From Gammaproteobacteria bacterium (GTDB lineage Bacteria > Pseudomonadota > Gammaproteobacteria > SZUA-229): a DNA stretch of 44,343 nucleotides. Each line of letters begins with the position of its first letter. Positions within the stretch are counted from its first letter, which is position 1. Under the pieces are notes generated by a model. The model saw only the letters and a program-made list of their open reading frames with translations. It was not told the DNA's origin and made no database searches. A program made the translations under genes and the position numbers. Shown piece by piece: positions 18,338 to 27,884 of the stretch. The stretch spans positions 1 to 44,343 of the forward strand of contig JBFHVK010000002.1 in the NCBI GenBank assembly GCA_041589615.1, written 5' to 3'.

Positions 18338-18350
18338 AATCTAGTTACCT

Positions 18351-18977
18351 TTAATTAAAAATCTCTTTAAATTTCTGAGGGTCTTCTCGATAGAGTGCGA
18401 CGCGCTCAGCTTCTGTGTAATCACTTGGTTTCTTCGTTACGGCCCCACCGTTTCCACCCTTGGCCCCGCCGCCGGATGAGTCCACACCATCAAACAGGAA
18501 TGGATAATCTGCCTTGTACGTGTCTAATAGCTTCTTAGCATCGACAGGTACGCCGCCTAATTCATAGAAAACACCTTCATCACCATATTTGGCATGGTCA
18601 GAAAGCAGTTTCTTAAGTGCCTTTGCTCGGCTGTTATCCTTGGTGGCAGTGCTTACGACTTCACCCAAGGCTAACTCAATGTCTTTCTTTTCTACCTGTG
18701 AGCGGTATGTTTCATATTTCTCAGCCAGTTCCCGCTTGGCTTCCTGCTCACGCTCAAACAGGGTTTTGAATTCCTGCTTTTCTTTCAGTCGATCTTCTTC
18801 GGCCTTTGCCTGCAACTCTGCAAGCTCCCGCGCTTTGTCTTTCGCTGATTTACTTTCGCCTAAAAGCTCATCGACCTTTGATTTCAAACCTGACACTTGT
18901 TCATTCACTTTCGCCTCAACTTCTTCAGCAGTAAACGCCTCTACTTCAGTGCCATCTTCTAACTTAAATTTTGCCAT
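18351..18977 (-). CDS. Scaffolding protein.
   Basis: A highly charged coiled-coil protein (KAEEDRLKEKQEFKTLFEREQEAKRELAEKYE) lying directly upstream of the capsid gene. Confidence 0.7.
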   Translation of the reverse strand: MAKFKLEDGTEVEAFTAEEVEAKVNEQVSGLKSKVDELLGESKSAKDKARELAELQAKAEEDRLKEKQEFKTLFEREQEAKRELAEKYETYRSQVEKKDIELALGEVVSTATKDNSRAKALKKLLSDHAKYGDEGVFYELGGVPVDAKKLLDTYKADYPFLFDGVDSSGGGAKGGNGGAVTKKPSDYTEAERVALYREDPQKFKEIFN

Positions 18978-19062
18978 TATTAGCCCCGCTAATTTGTGGT
19001 TGCCAGCTCAGCCAGCGTTATAACGAATTATAACACTTGACAAGGCAGAAACAAACATCTAG

Positions 19063-20148
19063 TTATAAGCCTGCAGATTCAAACGCCATAGGCTCAAGGG
19101 CGCGCAATTCAGCTAATGTGTATTCTCGTCCTGAGTCATCCACGAACTGATCTAGCTTTAGCCCGCCTTTCCTGTACAGCTTGCCACGAGCAACGCCTAA
19201 GAACTCATCCTGAAATGATGCCGTTTGCCTGCTTAGCCATCCTGAATATGTGGTCTGTGCACTGACCGGGCCGCCAACACTCGCCCTAGTTCCGCCAGTG
19301 ACGTTAATCCGATATTCATCGGCTATGCGCGGGGTTAATAGTGAGCGGCAATTCCAGTGTCTAGGAGTAACCGGAAACCATGTGATAGCCTGCTTCCTGC
19401 CATCCGGCCATGTGCGTATCGTTCGGGTGCCTTCCTTGGTGAATATACTGCCATCACGCAAAGCGCACTCTGTAGTAGTTCGCGAATCAAGCACTGAGAC
19501 CCATTCTAAGCCCGCTATCACGTCTGAGTTTGCATCGTAAACACTTTGCCTTGCTGCTGATGTAAAAGCGTTTGTAGCGGTTCTCACGAGCGCGTAAGCA
19601 TTAGCCTGAGTCCTTTTCTCTGCTAGCCGCTTGATAGCAGCAACAATAGATTGCGATGAGTCGTTATTTGCTACGCCGATTCGCAGGGCATTAGATATCG
19701 CTGTTTTATTGGCTGAGCTAAAGGCGTTGATTGCCTCGTTAATCGTTAGTGTTTGCGTTCTGCCGGTGCTGGATACCAGATTCATGGTTAGGTTTTGAGT
19801 CAGGGCGCTTACGAATCCTGGCTGCGGCGCGGCAATGGCTGCTGACGTATTAGTTTCAAGCAGGCGCTCAATGAATCCCGCTTCATAATCTGTCAGCTCC
19901 TCTAACTTCTCAATCAGACCAGTACTATACCCATCAAGACTTGAATCAATAATGTCGTTAATATCGCTAATCATGCCAGTGACTCGGCCAGCGTTCAGGC
20001 TTCCAGTGTGCGACTCTAGATAATCCACCAGCTCATCACGCATATTTTCCAAATACTCAATCAGCTCGTTATTTATGCCAGAACCGCGTCTAAGCAGAAA
20101 TATCTGATGCTTTACGAGTGAATCTAGTGTGTTCGTATCTGATGACAT
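19063..20148 (-). CDS. Head morphogenesis protein (Mu F / SPP1 gp7 family).
   Basis: The motif WVSVLDSRTTTECALRDGSIF matches the Phage_Mu_F signature (LDxRTxxxCxxLDG-like). It lies after the portal gene. Confidence 0.7.
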   Translation of the reverse strand: MSSDTNTLDSLVKHQIFLLRRGSGINNELIEYLENMRDELVDYLESHTGSLNAGRVTGMISDINDIIDSSLDGYSTGLIEKLEELTDYEAGFIERLLETNTSAAIAAPQPGFVSALTQNLTMNLVSSTGRTQTLTINEAINAFSSANKTAISNALRIGVANNDSSQSIVAAIKRLAEKRTQANAYALVRTATNAFTSAARQSVYDANSDVIAGLEWVSVLDSRTTTECALRDGSIFTKEGTRTIRTWPDGRKQAITWFPVTPRHWNCRSLLTPRIADEYRINVTGGTRASVGGPVSAQTTYSGWLSRQTASFQDEFLGVARGKLYRKGGLKLDQFVDDSGREYTLAELRALEPMAFESAGL

Positions 20149-20233
20149 TACATGGCCCCTTATAACTAAACGGTATTATACAGCAAAAGGGATATGAACT
20201 ATATTTAAGGCAAATAAATAAGGAGTTGCCGAA

Positions 20234-20704
20234 ATGACCATCATCGAAAAAGCCACATATGTTTTACTCTCAGTCATTATGATGACCTACATGCAGTGCG
20301 CACAAGCTGCTGATGTGTCTGTCTATCACGACATAGGCACAGTACACATGAATGAGTTCAACAGCATTCTAAATAACGATAATGACGTAACCATTATCAA
20401 GGTCAATGGCTTCCTGTTCGGCACCATGACCAATAGCTTCAACGATGACGGCTACTTTGCAGGCTATCAACGCAACCTGTACCGCAATGGCAGCTTTTAC
20501 CTTGATGGTGGCATTACTGCGCTATTCGGATATAAAGACCACTACTACACAGACGGTCAGCGCATCATCGATGATCCAGAATCAAAGGACGTTACTTATT
20601 TTGCGCCTATATTCTCTGCTGGATTTGAGATTGTTGACGGACTGTCATTTCAAATAAACAGTATGGCCGACGTTATTAACTACGGCTTTAAATTTGACTT
20701 CTGA
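20234..20704 (+). CDS. Secreted small outer-membrane beta-barrel-like protein (a moron in reverse orientation).
   Basis: A signal peptide ends in AQA|AD. Alternating hydrophobic strands are present, and the C-terminus YGFKFDF ends in an aromatic residue. The gene has its own RBS (aaggag). Confidence 0.5.
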   Translation: MTIIEKATYVLLSVIMMTYMQCAQAADVSVYHDIGTVHMNEFNSILNNDNDVTIIKVNGFLFGTMTNSFNDDGYFAGYQRNLYRNGSFYLDGGITALFGYKDHYYTDGQRIIDDPESKDVTYFAPIFSAGFEIVDGLSFQINSMADVINYGFKFDF

Positions 20705-20713
20705 GGAAAGCAT

Positions 20714-20923
20714 ATGATCAATTTACCAATCGGACACGGCTTAGTAGGCACTGCCATATACAAAGGAAAGGCCGTAATCATCACTGAAGACGAAGACGGC
20801 CAGATGTTTGTTTTTGATAATGATTCGCCTGAGCTTGAAGGTTGCCATAAAGCCAAAGTAATTGATGAGATAATAGATAACCTCTTTGATAGATCAACTA
20901 GTCGACATCAACCATACCACTAG
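20714..20923 (+). CDS. Hypothetical small protein, second gene of the moron.
   Basis: RBS gaggaaag is present. The 3' end overlaps the convergent portal gene by 26 nt. Confidence 0.4.
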   Translation: MINLPIGHGLVGTAIYKGKAVIITEDEDGQMFVFDNDSPELEGCHKAKVIDEIIDNLFDRSTSRHQPYH

Positions 20924-22280
20924 GCTCCTTCTCCATCTCATTAAGCAGGTCTTGATTGTCCATATCTGTGTCAATCAGGCCTGCCTTCCTAAGCGTGTTC
21001 AATGCTTGGTCAGATGTCATTAGATTGGAGTCCTTAAGTAATACCATCATCTGAGCGTCTTTATAATCAAACGTAAACTCGAAGAACTCACGGTTTAGTT
21101 CAATCTCAATACCTTCATCGGATACGCCCATGAAACGGGCACAGTCTTTACAGGCCATGGTCAGTGCTTCTGATATATTGCCGACAATCGTATTCAGTAC
21201 CGATGTTTCAGAGCTGGCGTTAATTCTGGCAGTTTCAGCAGTCTGGTTTACCGTATTGCCATTAATGAGCTTAGCGCCAATAGATACGGCTTGGGCTTCC
21301 TTATCTGCAATGGCTTCCTTAAGTGCTCCGCCAGATTGGGGCTCAAGCAGGTCAGCAGATCCGTTCTGAGTCACAATTGCCCTAGCTGATCCGATGACAA
21401 TGCCATCAGGGTTTGCTGTTGTCCACTGGTCAGTGCTCATGTCGCCAATGTTAATATGCGCCATCTTCTGGCCACATAGGAATAGCTCTTGCTCGTGGTC
21501 TGCTGTGTTTCGATAGTGCGCAAGGTTTACGATGGCAAGGTCTAACAGTGCAGGTTTATCGTAGCCAGGCTTATTGTCAACTGATCCGGCCCAGTAGAAC
21601 GGTATATGCCGCATTGGTTTTCCATTCTGCTTTGGTAGATATTCTTCAAGTACTGCGCCACCTTCAGAATACAGAACCTGATTGTAGATATTGTCATCGT
21701 CCAGAAACAGAGCTCGGTATTCACTCTCGTACGTCCATGTGAACCGATCCGAATAAACCTTGCTCTCTTCCTTCAGAACCACCAATGAAAGCACGTCTTT
21801 ACCGTTAATCTCTTTGGTATCGTAGCTTATGATTGACTCTACCTTGTACGGCAGAATGCTGGCTGATACACCCATAGTCTGCTCTAGGCTTGGGTTGTCT
21901 GCAACCTGTGGATAATCAACTAGAAAGCCGTAATTGCCACCTTCTAGCAACTCACTAATTCCGCGCTTAGCTAACTGCTCAATACCAGCGCCAGCGCCGT
22001 CAGCATTATCGACCAAGTATTCGACTTGGCCTAGCTCCTTCTTAGCCATATCCTTACGGAATACAGCGCCAATCATGCCGTCCTTAGTCCTGCCGGTGAA
22101 GTTGGTGTAGTAAGCTCGTGTCTTATAGCGAGCATACTCTTCATCATCCATAACGCTTGGCTGCGGCAAATACTCACGGCCACGATGCTTAACATGCTCT
22201 TCACCTTGGCATGCGTCACGAGTAATCATTGCCGCCTTAATGGCGTGCTCATACTGCGGAATTGGTACGTTTACTGGCAT
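20898..22280 (-). CDS. Portal protein.
   Basis: This 460-aa ORF lies immediately after the large terminase. Size and position fit a portal. Confidence 0.75.
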   Translation of the reverse strand: MPVNVPIPQYEHAIKAAMITRDACQGEEHVKHRGREYLPQPSVMDDEEYARYKTRAYYTNFTGRTKDGMIGAVFRKDMAKKELGQVEYLVDNADGAGAGIEQLAKRGISELLEGGNYGFLVDYPQVADNPSLEQTMGVSASILPYKVESIISYDTKEINGKDVLSLVVLKEESKVYSDRFTWTYESEYRALFLDDDNIYNQVLYSEGGAVLEEYLPKQNGKPMRHIPFYWAGSVDNKPGYDKPALLDLAIVNLAHYRNTADHEQELFLCGQKMAHINIGDMSTDQWTTANPDGIVIGSARAIVTQNGSADLLEPQSGGALKEAIADKEAQAVSIGAKLINGNTVNQTAETARINASSETSVLNTIVGNISEALTMACKDCARFMGVSDEGIEIELNREFFEFTFDYKDAQMMVLLKDSNLMTSDQALNTLRKAGLIDTDMDNQDLLNEMEKEPSGMVDVD

Positions 22281-22314
22281 AATCTAGCCCTTATAACTTA
22301 ATGGCATAAGTATA

Positions 22315-23568
22315 TCACCTTGCCATGCTTACGTTAATGTTTGCAATCGGCTTAACTATAGGCATCTCGTAAGCTATCGGATACGTTGATGCGTCATTCT
22401 GGTGGTCTTTGCCGCCCTTCTTATCAGGCTCGCCGTTGTCATCGTAGGTTTGCTGTTCAAAGCATGCTGCAACGTCTGGACACAGCGAGTCATTCACGAA
22501 TAGCCGGCCCTGCTCAAATGCTGCATTAGTGGCGTTAACCCTATCTCGCACTGGTGGGTTGCTGGCCTTATAGCGACACTCGAACTTAAACTCATTGCGC
22601 AATATAGCTATATCTGACTCACTCACGCCGCCCATTCTGGTTCTGTTCTTGCCTGAGCTATCTGGATATATGATTATCTCATGGCCTTCATATTTGCTCT
22701 TCAGGGTTTTAGCAACGGATGGTGTATTGTAGCCTTTCGATATCTGGTCAACGGCATGCATAGACCTACCACGCATGACATAAACAGTCGCTGCCATATT
22801 ATCAATGTTAAAGTCCATACCAACAAATAGCGGCTCACCTGGCCTAGCAACCTCTTTGCTCCTATGTTTCACTCGGTCATATGACCTATACACAGTGCCT
22901 GCAGTAAGGTTCACGAACTCGCCGTTGATGTATGCGCTAATGAGCTGGGCAGGATATGTTTCAAACAGTGATGAGATATAATCAGGCGGCAGGAATGGCT
23001 CATTCTCGTAGGTACTGGCCTGAACCATCGAATAGGACTTGGTTGGGTTCTCGGCAAACTTAGAATAAACAAACTTAAACCCTTCAGGCGTAGTAGTCAC
23101 GCCAATGCCATTAACCACCCCAGGAATAACTAATCGCATACGAGCTACAATCTTATTCCATGCGTTTTCGGCCTTCTTAGCGTCCAGTACATCGATCTCA
23201 TCGACCAAGGCACGGGCAATCTTAAAACCAACGATGGAATCAGGCCTATCCATAGAGCGGCAGATAATAGTGCCGTAATAAGCTGAACCACGATACAGCG
23301 CAACCTCTTTGTCGGTGGTCTTAATGACGCACCTTACGCCCATCATCTCTGCAGCTTCTTCAAGCGTAGGATAGAAGATATCCCTAATTGCTGGATAGGA
23401 AGGCCCGAAATAGCCCTGCACGATGCCAGGATTTTGCAATGCGAATATCAGCAGATCACAGCACCCAACGAACGTCTTACCAGAGCCGAACCCACCAACA
23501 TAGCCTCGGTACTTAGTATTCAGCCCATTAAGAAAAGCATTCTGCGATGCGCTAAAGCTAATCGGCAT
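22315..23568 (-). CDS. terL: Terminase large subunit.
   Basis: It has a Walker A motif (GGFGSGKT) and a C-terminal nuclease-like region. It overlaps the small subunit gene. Confidence 0.85.
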   Translation of the reverse strand: MPISFSASQNAFLNGLNTKYRGYVGGFGSGKTFVGCCDLLIFALQNPGIVQGYFGPSYPAIRDIFYPTLEEAAEMMGVRCVIKTTDKEVALYRGSAYYGTIICRSMDRPDSIVGFKIARALVDEIDVLDAKKAENAWNKIVARMRLVIPGVVNGIGVTTTPEGFKFVYSKFAENPTKSYSMVQASTYENEPFLPPDYISSLFETYPAQLISAYINGEFVNLTAGTVYRSYDRVKHRSKEVARPGEPLFVGMDFNIDNMAATVYVMRGRSMHAVDQISKGYNTPSVAKTLKSKYEGHEIIIYPDSSGKNRTRMGGVSESDIAILRNEFKFECRYKASNPPVRDRVNATNAAFEQGRLFVNDSLCPDVAACFEQQTYDDNGEPDKKGGKDHQNDASTYPIAYEMPIVKPIANINVSMAR

Positions 23569-24031
23569 CAGAGCCGCCTTTAGTAACCCTTATGTCTCTA
23601 GCAGCCTCTCGAACCTCGAATGTAATATTAACGCTTGGCGCATCCTCATCTTCGGAGCCAGTGCCTAACATCTCGTTCATCGTCTTAATTGCAGCATTAG
23701 CAGCGTTTAGATTCTCTCTCTGCTCTATAGCAGCCTCGCCAACATATCTAATCTTGGTCTCTAGACCAGCCTCAACTATCTCATTAAGCCATCTAAGACG
23801 CTGTTCTACGCTTATAGAGAACGCCTTTTCTGCTACCGCACTGGCGACCTCCTGCAATTCCTTGATTCTTAGGCTTATCTTAGGATGATGGTATAGTTTA
23901 TCGGCCTGAACGGATATGGCAGCGGATGACATATTCATGCTATATCCAGCCGCCTTATACGCTGCAACCTTATCACCGCCATTCTCAACAACGGCAACTG
24001 CAAATGCTTCCTGACTTGCATTTAATGCCAT
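23558..24031 (-). CDS. terS: Terminase small subunit.
   Basis: The N-terminus SQEAFAVAVVENGGDKVAAYKAAGYS is typical of the Terminase_2-type small subunit HTH. Confidence 0.7.
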   Translation of the reverse strand: MALNASQEAFAVAVVENGGDKVAAYKAAGYSMNMSSAAISVQADKLYHHPKISLRIKELQEVASAVAEKAFSISVEQRLRWLNEIVEAGLETKIRYVGEAAIEQRENLNAANAAIKTMNEMLGTGSEDEDAPSVNITFEVREAARDIRVTKGGSDAD

Positions 24032-24032
24032 A

Positions 24033-24467
24033 TTAGTTAGCCCGCTTAAATTCCTTACCGTAATAGAAGAAGTTCCTAATCATTCGTTTCTTTCTCTTCC
24101 TGCCAGTATCTTCTACAACCTCAGAATACGCAACATAGACAGTCATCTCGCCAGATGTGCCAATGTCATTTGTCGCCGTCACAATTACATTCTCTGTCTC
24201 TTCTGTATCATTCTGAGACAGCCTTGAAAGCACTCCTGAATCAGATACAGAATAGCTCGCACTGTCATCGCCTCCAGATATTGCCCACGAAGTTGGAGCC
24301 CCGCCAGAATAAGCAAGGACAACAGAAAAATCAGAGCCTATATATCCGGCATACCATGATGACCCGTCTAGCTCAGGTGCTGATTCAGTTGATTCTGCCT
24401 CATAAGATCCATCACCCCACAGCGTTGAGCCATCATCCAGAGAACCATCCCCATATAATGTCGTCAT
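24033..24467 (-). CDS. Hypothetical protein with an Ig-like middle region and a basic C-terminal tail.
   Basis: The ORF is coupled to terS by a 1-nt gap. It contains the RKRKKRMIRNFF tail. Confidence 0.5.
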   Translation of the reverse strand: MTTLYGDGSLDDGSTLWGDGSYEAESTESAPELDGSSWYAGYIGSDFSVVLAYSGGAPTSWAISGGDDSASYSVSDSGVLSRLSQNDTEETENVIVTATNDIGTSGEMTVYVAYSEVVEDTGRKRKKRMIRNFFYYGKEFKRAN

Positions 24468-24477
24468 AATTCATACC

Positions 24478-26118
24478 TCATGATGCCACCACCTTCCGTA
24501 AGCTGAACTCGCCGTTAGTGTCATACATTAACACATAGTAGGTGCTTCCAGATGTTAGCTCTTCCTGATCCCATGCCACATCATAACCAGCAGACGCGCT
24601 AAATGTTCCAGTTGCCACTAATGATGTTAGTGCAATATCAGAATAAATCTTGTACACCCCAGATGCTGATACATTCGAACCTAACTTGTTTTTTAGTTTA
24701 GGTATCGTAACTTTTGCAACTGCCACCACCTCAGCCTCAACCGTCACAAATGCCGATGCAGTGCCAGTTAAACCGCCGCTGTCTGCGCTTGTGGTTACTG
24801 TGATTTCATAGGTTCCGGCTGTATTGGCGACATATGCCGAGCTATCAACAGTATAGGTAACCGTGTCGCTATCGTCTGATGTTGTGATAGTGCCTAATAA
24901 TGAGTCACTCCATACAGTGCCATAGGGTACGCTAAGCGATGTGTTTTGGATGGTTACTGTTGGGGCTGTGTTAGCACCGTTGGTCTCGGATAATGTGAGA
25001 ACATACTGCGTCAACGTAGTTCCGTCGGTGCTTCTCACATAAAATTCCTGAGTGCCGCCGGTAAATACTTCATAATCTATCAGATTAAGTCCGTTGTTTA
25101 CTGGCGTAACGCCGTCTGGTGATGAAATGTAGGCTGTCTGACCAACCTCTAAATTTAACCCATAACCCCAATCCATAACGTCTAACATGCTGGACTGCTC
25201 AACAGCAGTTAGCTCAACCCACCCAGTAAATTCGAGAGTTATGGTGTCTTCTTGTGTTAACTCGGCGGATGAGTTTGACGCAACAGCAGTTAGCTCTCCG
25301 TCTAATAGCGTCATATTGGCAAATGATGGTAACGGCTCAGCTTCATATGTGCCATCGCCATTATTTGTCAGAGTTAGAGTTAGTGTTGTATCTGCGCTAT
25401 CAGTCAACACCAGAGTGGTTGCATCTAGCATTTCAGACGTAAGTGTTATCACTCCTTCAGGGCTAACAACGCTCTGATCAATTATCAGTGTAGGGAGCGA
25501 ATCGTCTGCCGTTGAAATGAACGCAGTTCCGTCTGTTGGGAATCCAACGCCTGTTGCATAGTTGTTTGCTATTGACTCAGGTATTACTGGCTGAGAGCCT
25601 GTGTCGCTTGAATCTGCCGTGTTGGCATCCCAGTTGTATACTAATGCGCTAGTGTCTAACGATTCATAAGCCCTGACGTACTCAAGATAACCGGGCATTT
25701 CTCCTGCTATATTCCCGCCGTCACCTAAAATATCAAAAAGACTGATTGTTTCAGAACAGGCTTTTGTGCCGAATGCATCTCCATCTAATAGGGCGGTTAG
25801 TGTAGTTCCGTCACATGTCAATACCCAGTCGTGAATATCTCCGTCTGCTAATACGGTTACGCCATTAGCACTGTCAATATCGTAGGTTGTGTTATTCAAC
25901 CTAACCTCTAGCTCGTCTCGGCCAAAATACGAAGACACCGCCCTAAATTGTATTTTGGTTAGAAATTCGTCTGATGAATAACCTACGACCTGTGTCCATG
26001 TGTTACTGACAGCAGGAACCGCAGCTCCTATCTCAATGCGCCAATTTGAGCTGCTGCTACTTACAGGAGATTGAATCTGTAGATAATCACCTAATGATAA
26101 ATCAATGTATTTACTCAC
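24478..26118 (-). CDS. LamG/ConA-like lectin-fold N-terminal domain plus Ig-like repeats. It may be a virion-associated carbohydrate-binding protein.
   Basis: The N-terminal ~170 aa resemble a concanavalin-like jelly roll. Thr/Ser-rich beta-sandwich-like repeats follow. Confidence 0.4.
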   Translation of the reverse strand: MSKYIDLSLGDYLQIQSPVSSSSSNWRIEIGAAVPAVSNTWTQVVGYSSDEFLTKIQFRAVSSYFGRDELEVRLNNTTYDIDSANGVTVLADGDIHDWVLTCDGTTLTALLDGDAFGTKACSETISLFDILGDGGNIAGEMPGYLEYVRAYESLDTSALVYNWDANTADSSDTGSQPVIPESIANNYATGVGFPTDGTAFISTADDSLPTLIIDQSVVSPEGVITLTSEMLDATTLVLTDSADTTLTLTLTNNGDGTYEAEPLPSFANMTLLDGELTAVASNSSAELTQEDTITLEFTGWVELTAVEQSSMLDVMDWGYGLNLEVGQTAYISSPDGVTPVNNGLNLIDYEVFTGGTQEFYVRSTDGTTLTQYVLTLSETNGANTAPTVTIQNTSLSVPYGTVWSDSLLGTITTSDDSDTVTYTVDSSAYVANTAGTYEITVTTSADSGGLTGTASAFVTVEAEVVAVAKVTIPKLKNKLGSNVSASGVYKIYSDIALTSLVATGTFSASAGYDVAWDQEELTSGSTYYVLMYDTNGEFSLRKVVAS

Positions 26119-26121
26119 CTA

Positions 26122-27540
26122 TTAAACCCCCGTATACGTGCCAACTGGAACATCATAAACCTGAACCAAATTAACGCCAGAATCTTGCCCATAACTCAGG
26201 ATTACATATAGCTCATTAGTCGATGGAACGAACGTTGATGACAGCACTCGACCCTTCATAACCCAATCACTCTCATCGAATTCCTTGTACTCTTCAGCGA
26301 ATGAATCAAAATGATAATAGTTCGGGTCATATAGATTGGTTGCATTCTTTATGTCATCAAGATTTACTGCCCATATGCAATTGTGCCAATCTTTGTTGCT
26401 AATAGGCTCAGGAGATGACGAATCGGTTCCAGATGACCCATCTTCCTCTAGCATATGCCCGTGGTACGTCCTGCCGAACTCACAGCCATAGGCCCTACCT
26501 ACAAATACCAGAGATTTTGAATTATTCGGGATAAAAGCACCTAAAGCACCCATAACATAACCGGTATGAGTGTTGAAGACAGAAGGGTCAGGGCGAGGAA
26601 GCATTTGCATCTGCTCGTACGTCATTTTGTTTCCCTCTACCTGATTTAGGTAATCTTCCATTGACGTAATGTTTGATGAGGTTACCCAGCTAAGATAGTG
26701 AGATAGGACGCCATCTACATACCAGTCATCAACTCCAGATATGGGCGATCCATTAGGGAAATTCATATACTCATCAGCTGAACCAGTATCGCCTGTTATA
26801 GATGATGGGTTCCACCCGTAGAATGCTGGGCCATACGGCCAGCGACCTTGAATTGATGCGTGACAGCATGACCCGCAACCATGTGTATTGCCATCAAAAT
26901 CAGATTGATGCTCTGTTGGTATGGTAAAAGCATACGCTGTTGTTTTGTCGCCCTCCCCCATATCAACTGTTTGCCATGTCGCATTCTCAAAGTCCGTGAC
27001 ATCACTACACACCACTAAATTATCTTTACTAGGAGTTGACCCAGCTTGGGAATCATATGCTCGATAACGCCCCATATACAGCTTTCCACTTTCAACTAAC
27101 ATGAATCCGACATCCTGTGACTGCAAGCTATCTTCTTCCGTTGTATAGCTGTAGGATATTTTATCGTCGAATCGAGTAAACCCATCAACTAGGGTTGCAT
27201 CCGGTAAATTGCTGATATCGCTATCAGTTGATAGTGTTGGGATCGAGAATCTAGCTATAACCGCGTTCCGGTTTGCGGTCTGCTTCGCTAGAATAACCAT
27301 ATTATTCACTGGGTCTATGCAACCGCGCTGCATGTATGCTGTCGAGTACCAGCTATCTGAATCCGTGTCTGTCGATGTGCTAGTGTTTGGGATTTTAAAC
27401 GCGCCCTTAAATGTTATCCCAGTAATGTCCCATGTAGAATCATCAGTTCCGTCTATCCCGTTTTGAAACTTAGATATAGAAAACTCTTCAACGTTGTCAC
27501 GCTGCCAATCAGCATAATCAACCGTTCGTGTAATAGCCAT
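26122..27540 (-). CDS. Large hypothetical protein (472 aa) with a Cys cluster. It may be a glycan-active enzyme.
   Basis: ATG at 27540 (MAITRTV) overlaps the upstream stop as TAATG. The motif HGCGSCCHASIQGRWPYGP is present. I recognise no family. Confidence 0.55.
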   Translation of the reverse strand: MAITRTVDYADWQRDNVEEFSISKFQNGIDGTDDSTWDITGITFKGAFKIPNTSTSTDTDSDSWYSTAYMQRGCIDPVNNMVILAKQTANRNAVIARFSIPTLSTDSDISNLPDATLVDGFTRFDDKISYSYTTEEDSLQSQDVGFMLVESGKLYMGRYRAYDSQAGSTPSKDNLVVCSDVTDFENATWQTVDMGEGDKTTAYAFTIPTEHQSDFDGNTHGCGSCCHASIQGRWPYGPAFYGWNPSSITGDTGSADEYMNFPNGSPISGVDDWYVDGVLSHYLSWVTSSNITSMEDYLNQVEGNKMTYEQMQMLPRPDPSVFNTHTGYVMGALGAFIPNNSKSLVFVGRAYGCEFGRTYHGHMLEEDGSSGTDSSSPEPISNKDWHNCIWAVNLDDIKNATNLYDPNYYHFDSFAEEYKEFDESDWVMKGRVLSSTFVPSTNELYVILSYGQDSGVNLVQVYDVPVGTYTGV

Positions 27541-27710
27541 TAACCAACCTCGCTTATAATTTGCCCGCACCTAACGCACTCAGGCCCGTCATCAGTCAGG
27601 GCGAACAACTGGCAACCGCATTCAGGGCAGCAATAGTCAGTGTCAACCGTGGCTGATACAGTCTCTATTGCTCGCTCTAGTTTAGCCGTTTCAAAGTCGA
27701 TTAATGACAT
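27540..27710 (-). CDS. Small 4-Cys zinc-ribbon protein (56 aa), the first gene of the late arm.
   Basis: MSLIDFETAKLERAIETVSATVDTDYCCPECGCQLFALTDDGPECVRCGQIISEVG. It is below the ORF-track cutoff and is translationally coupled to the next gene. Confidence 0.55.
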   Translation of the reverse strand: MSLIDFETAKLERAIETVSATVDTDYCCPECGCQLFALTDDGPECVRCGQIISEVG

Positions 27711-27736
27711 CTTCGCCCCGCCATTAAATAACGCCT

Positions 27737-27745
27737 ATTGTATCA
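27737..27745 (-). promoter_or_regulatory. Candidate extended -10 promoter (TGaTACAAT) for the late arm.
   Basis: The minus strand reads tatGATACAATagg. It lies between the terminator and the first late ORF. Confidence 0.4.
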
Positions 27746-27770
27746 TAGGTTGAGCGATAATTAAGCAGGC

Positions 27771-27794
27771 AATAAAAAAGCCCAGTTAAGGGCT
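27771..27794 (-). terminator. Rho-independent terminator ending the leftward early arm.
   Basis: The minus strand reads agccc-ttaact-gggct, followed by tttttatt. Confidence 0.75.
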
Positions 27795-27884
27795 ATGGAA
27801 TCAACATGGCAATCTTGAATATCGAACTCATTGCAGAATCCATTGCCAGAATGCAAGGTATAACGATAATAATTATATATAACC

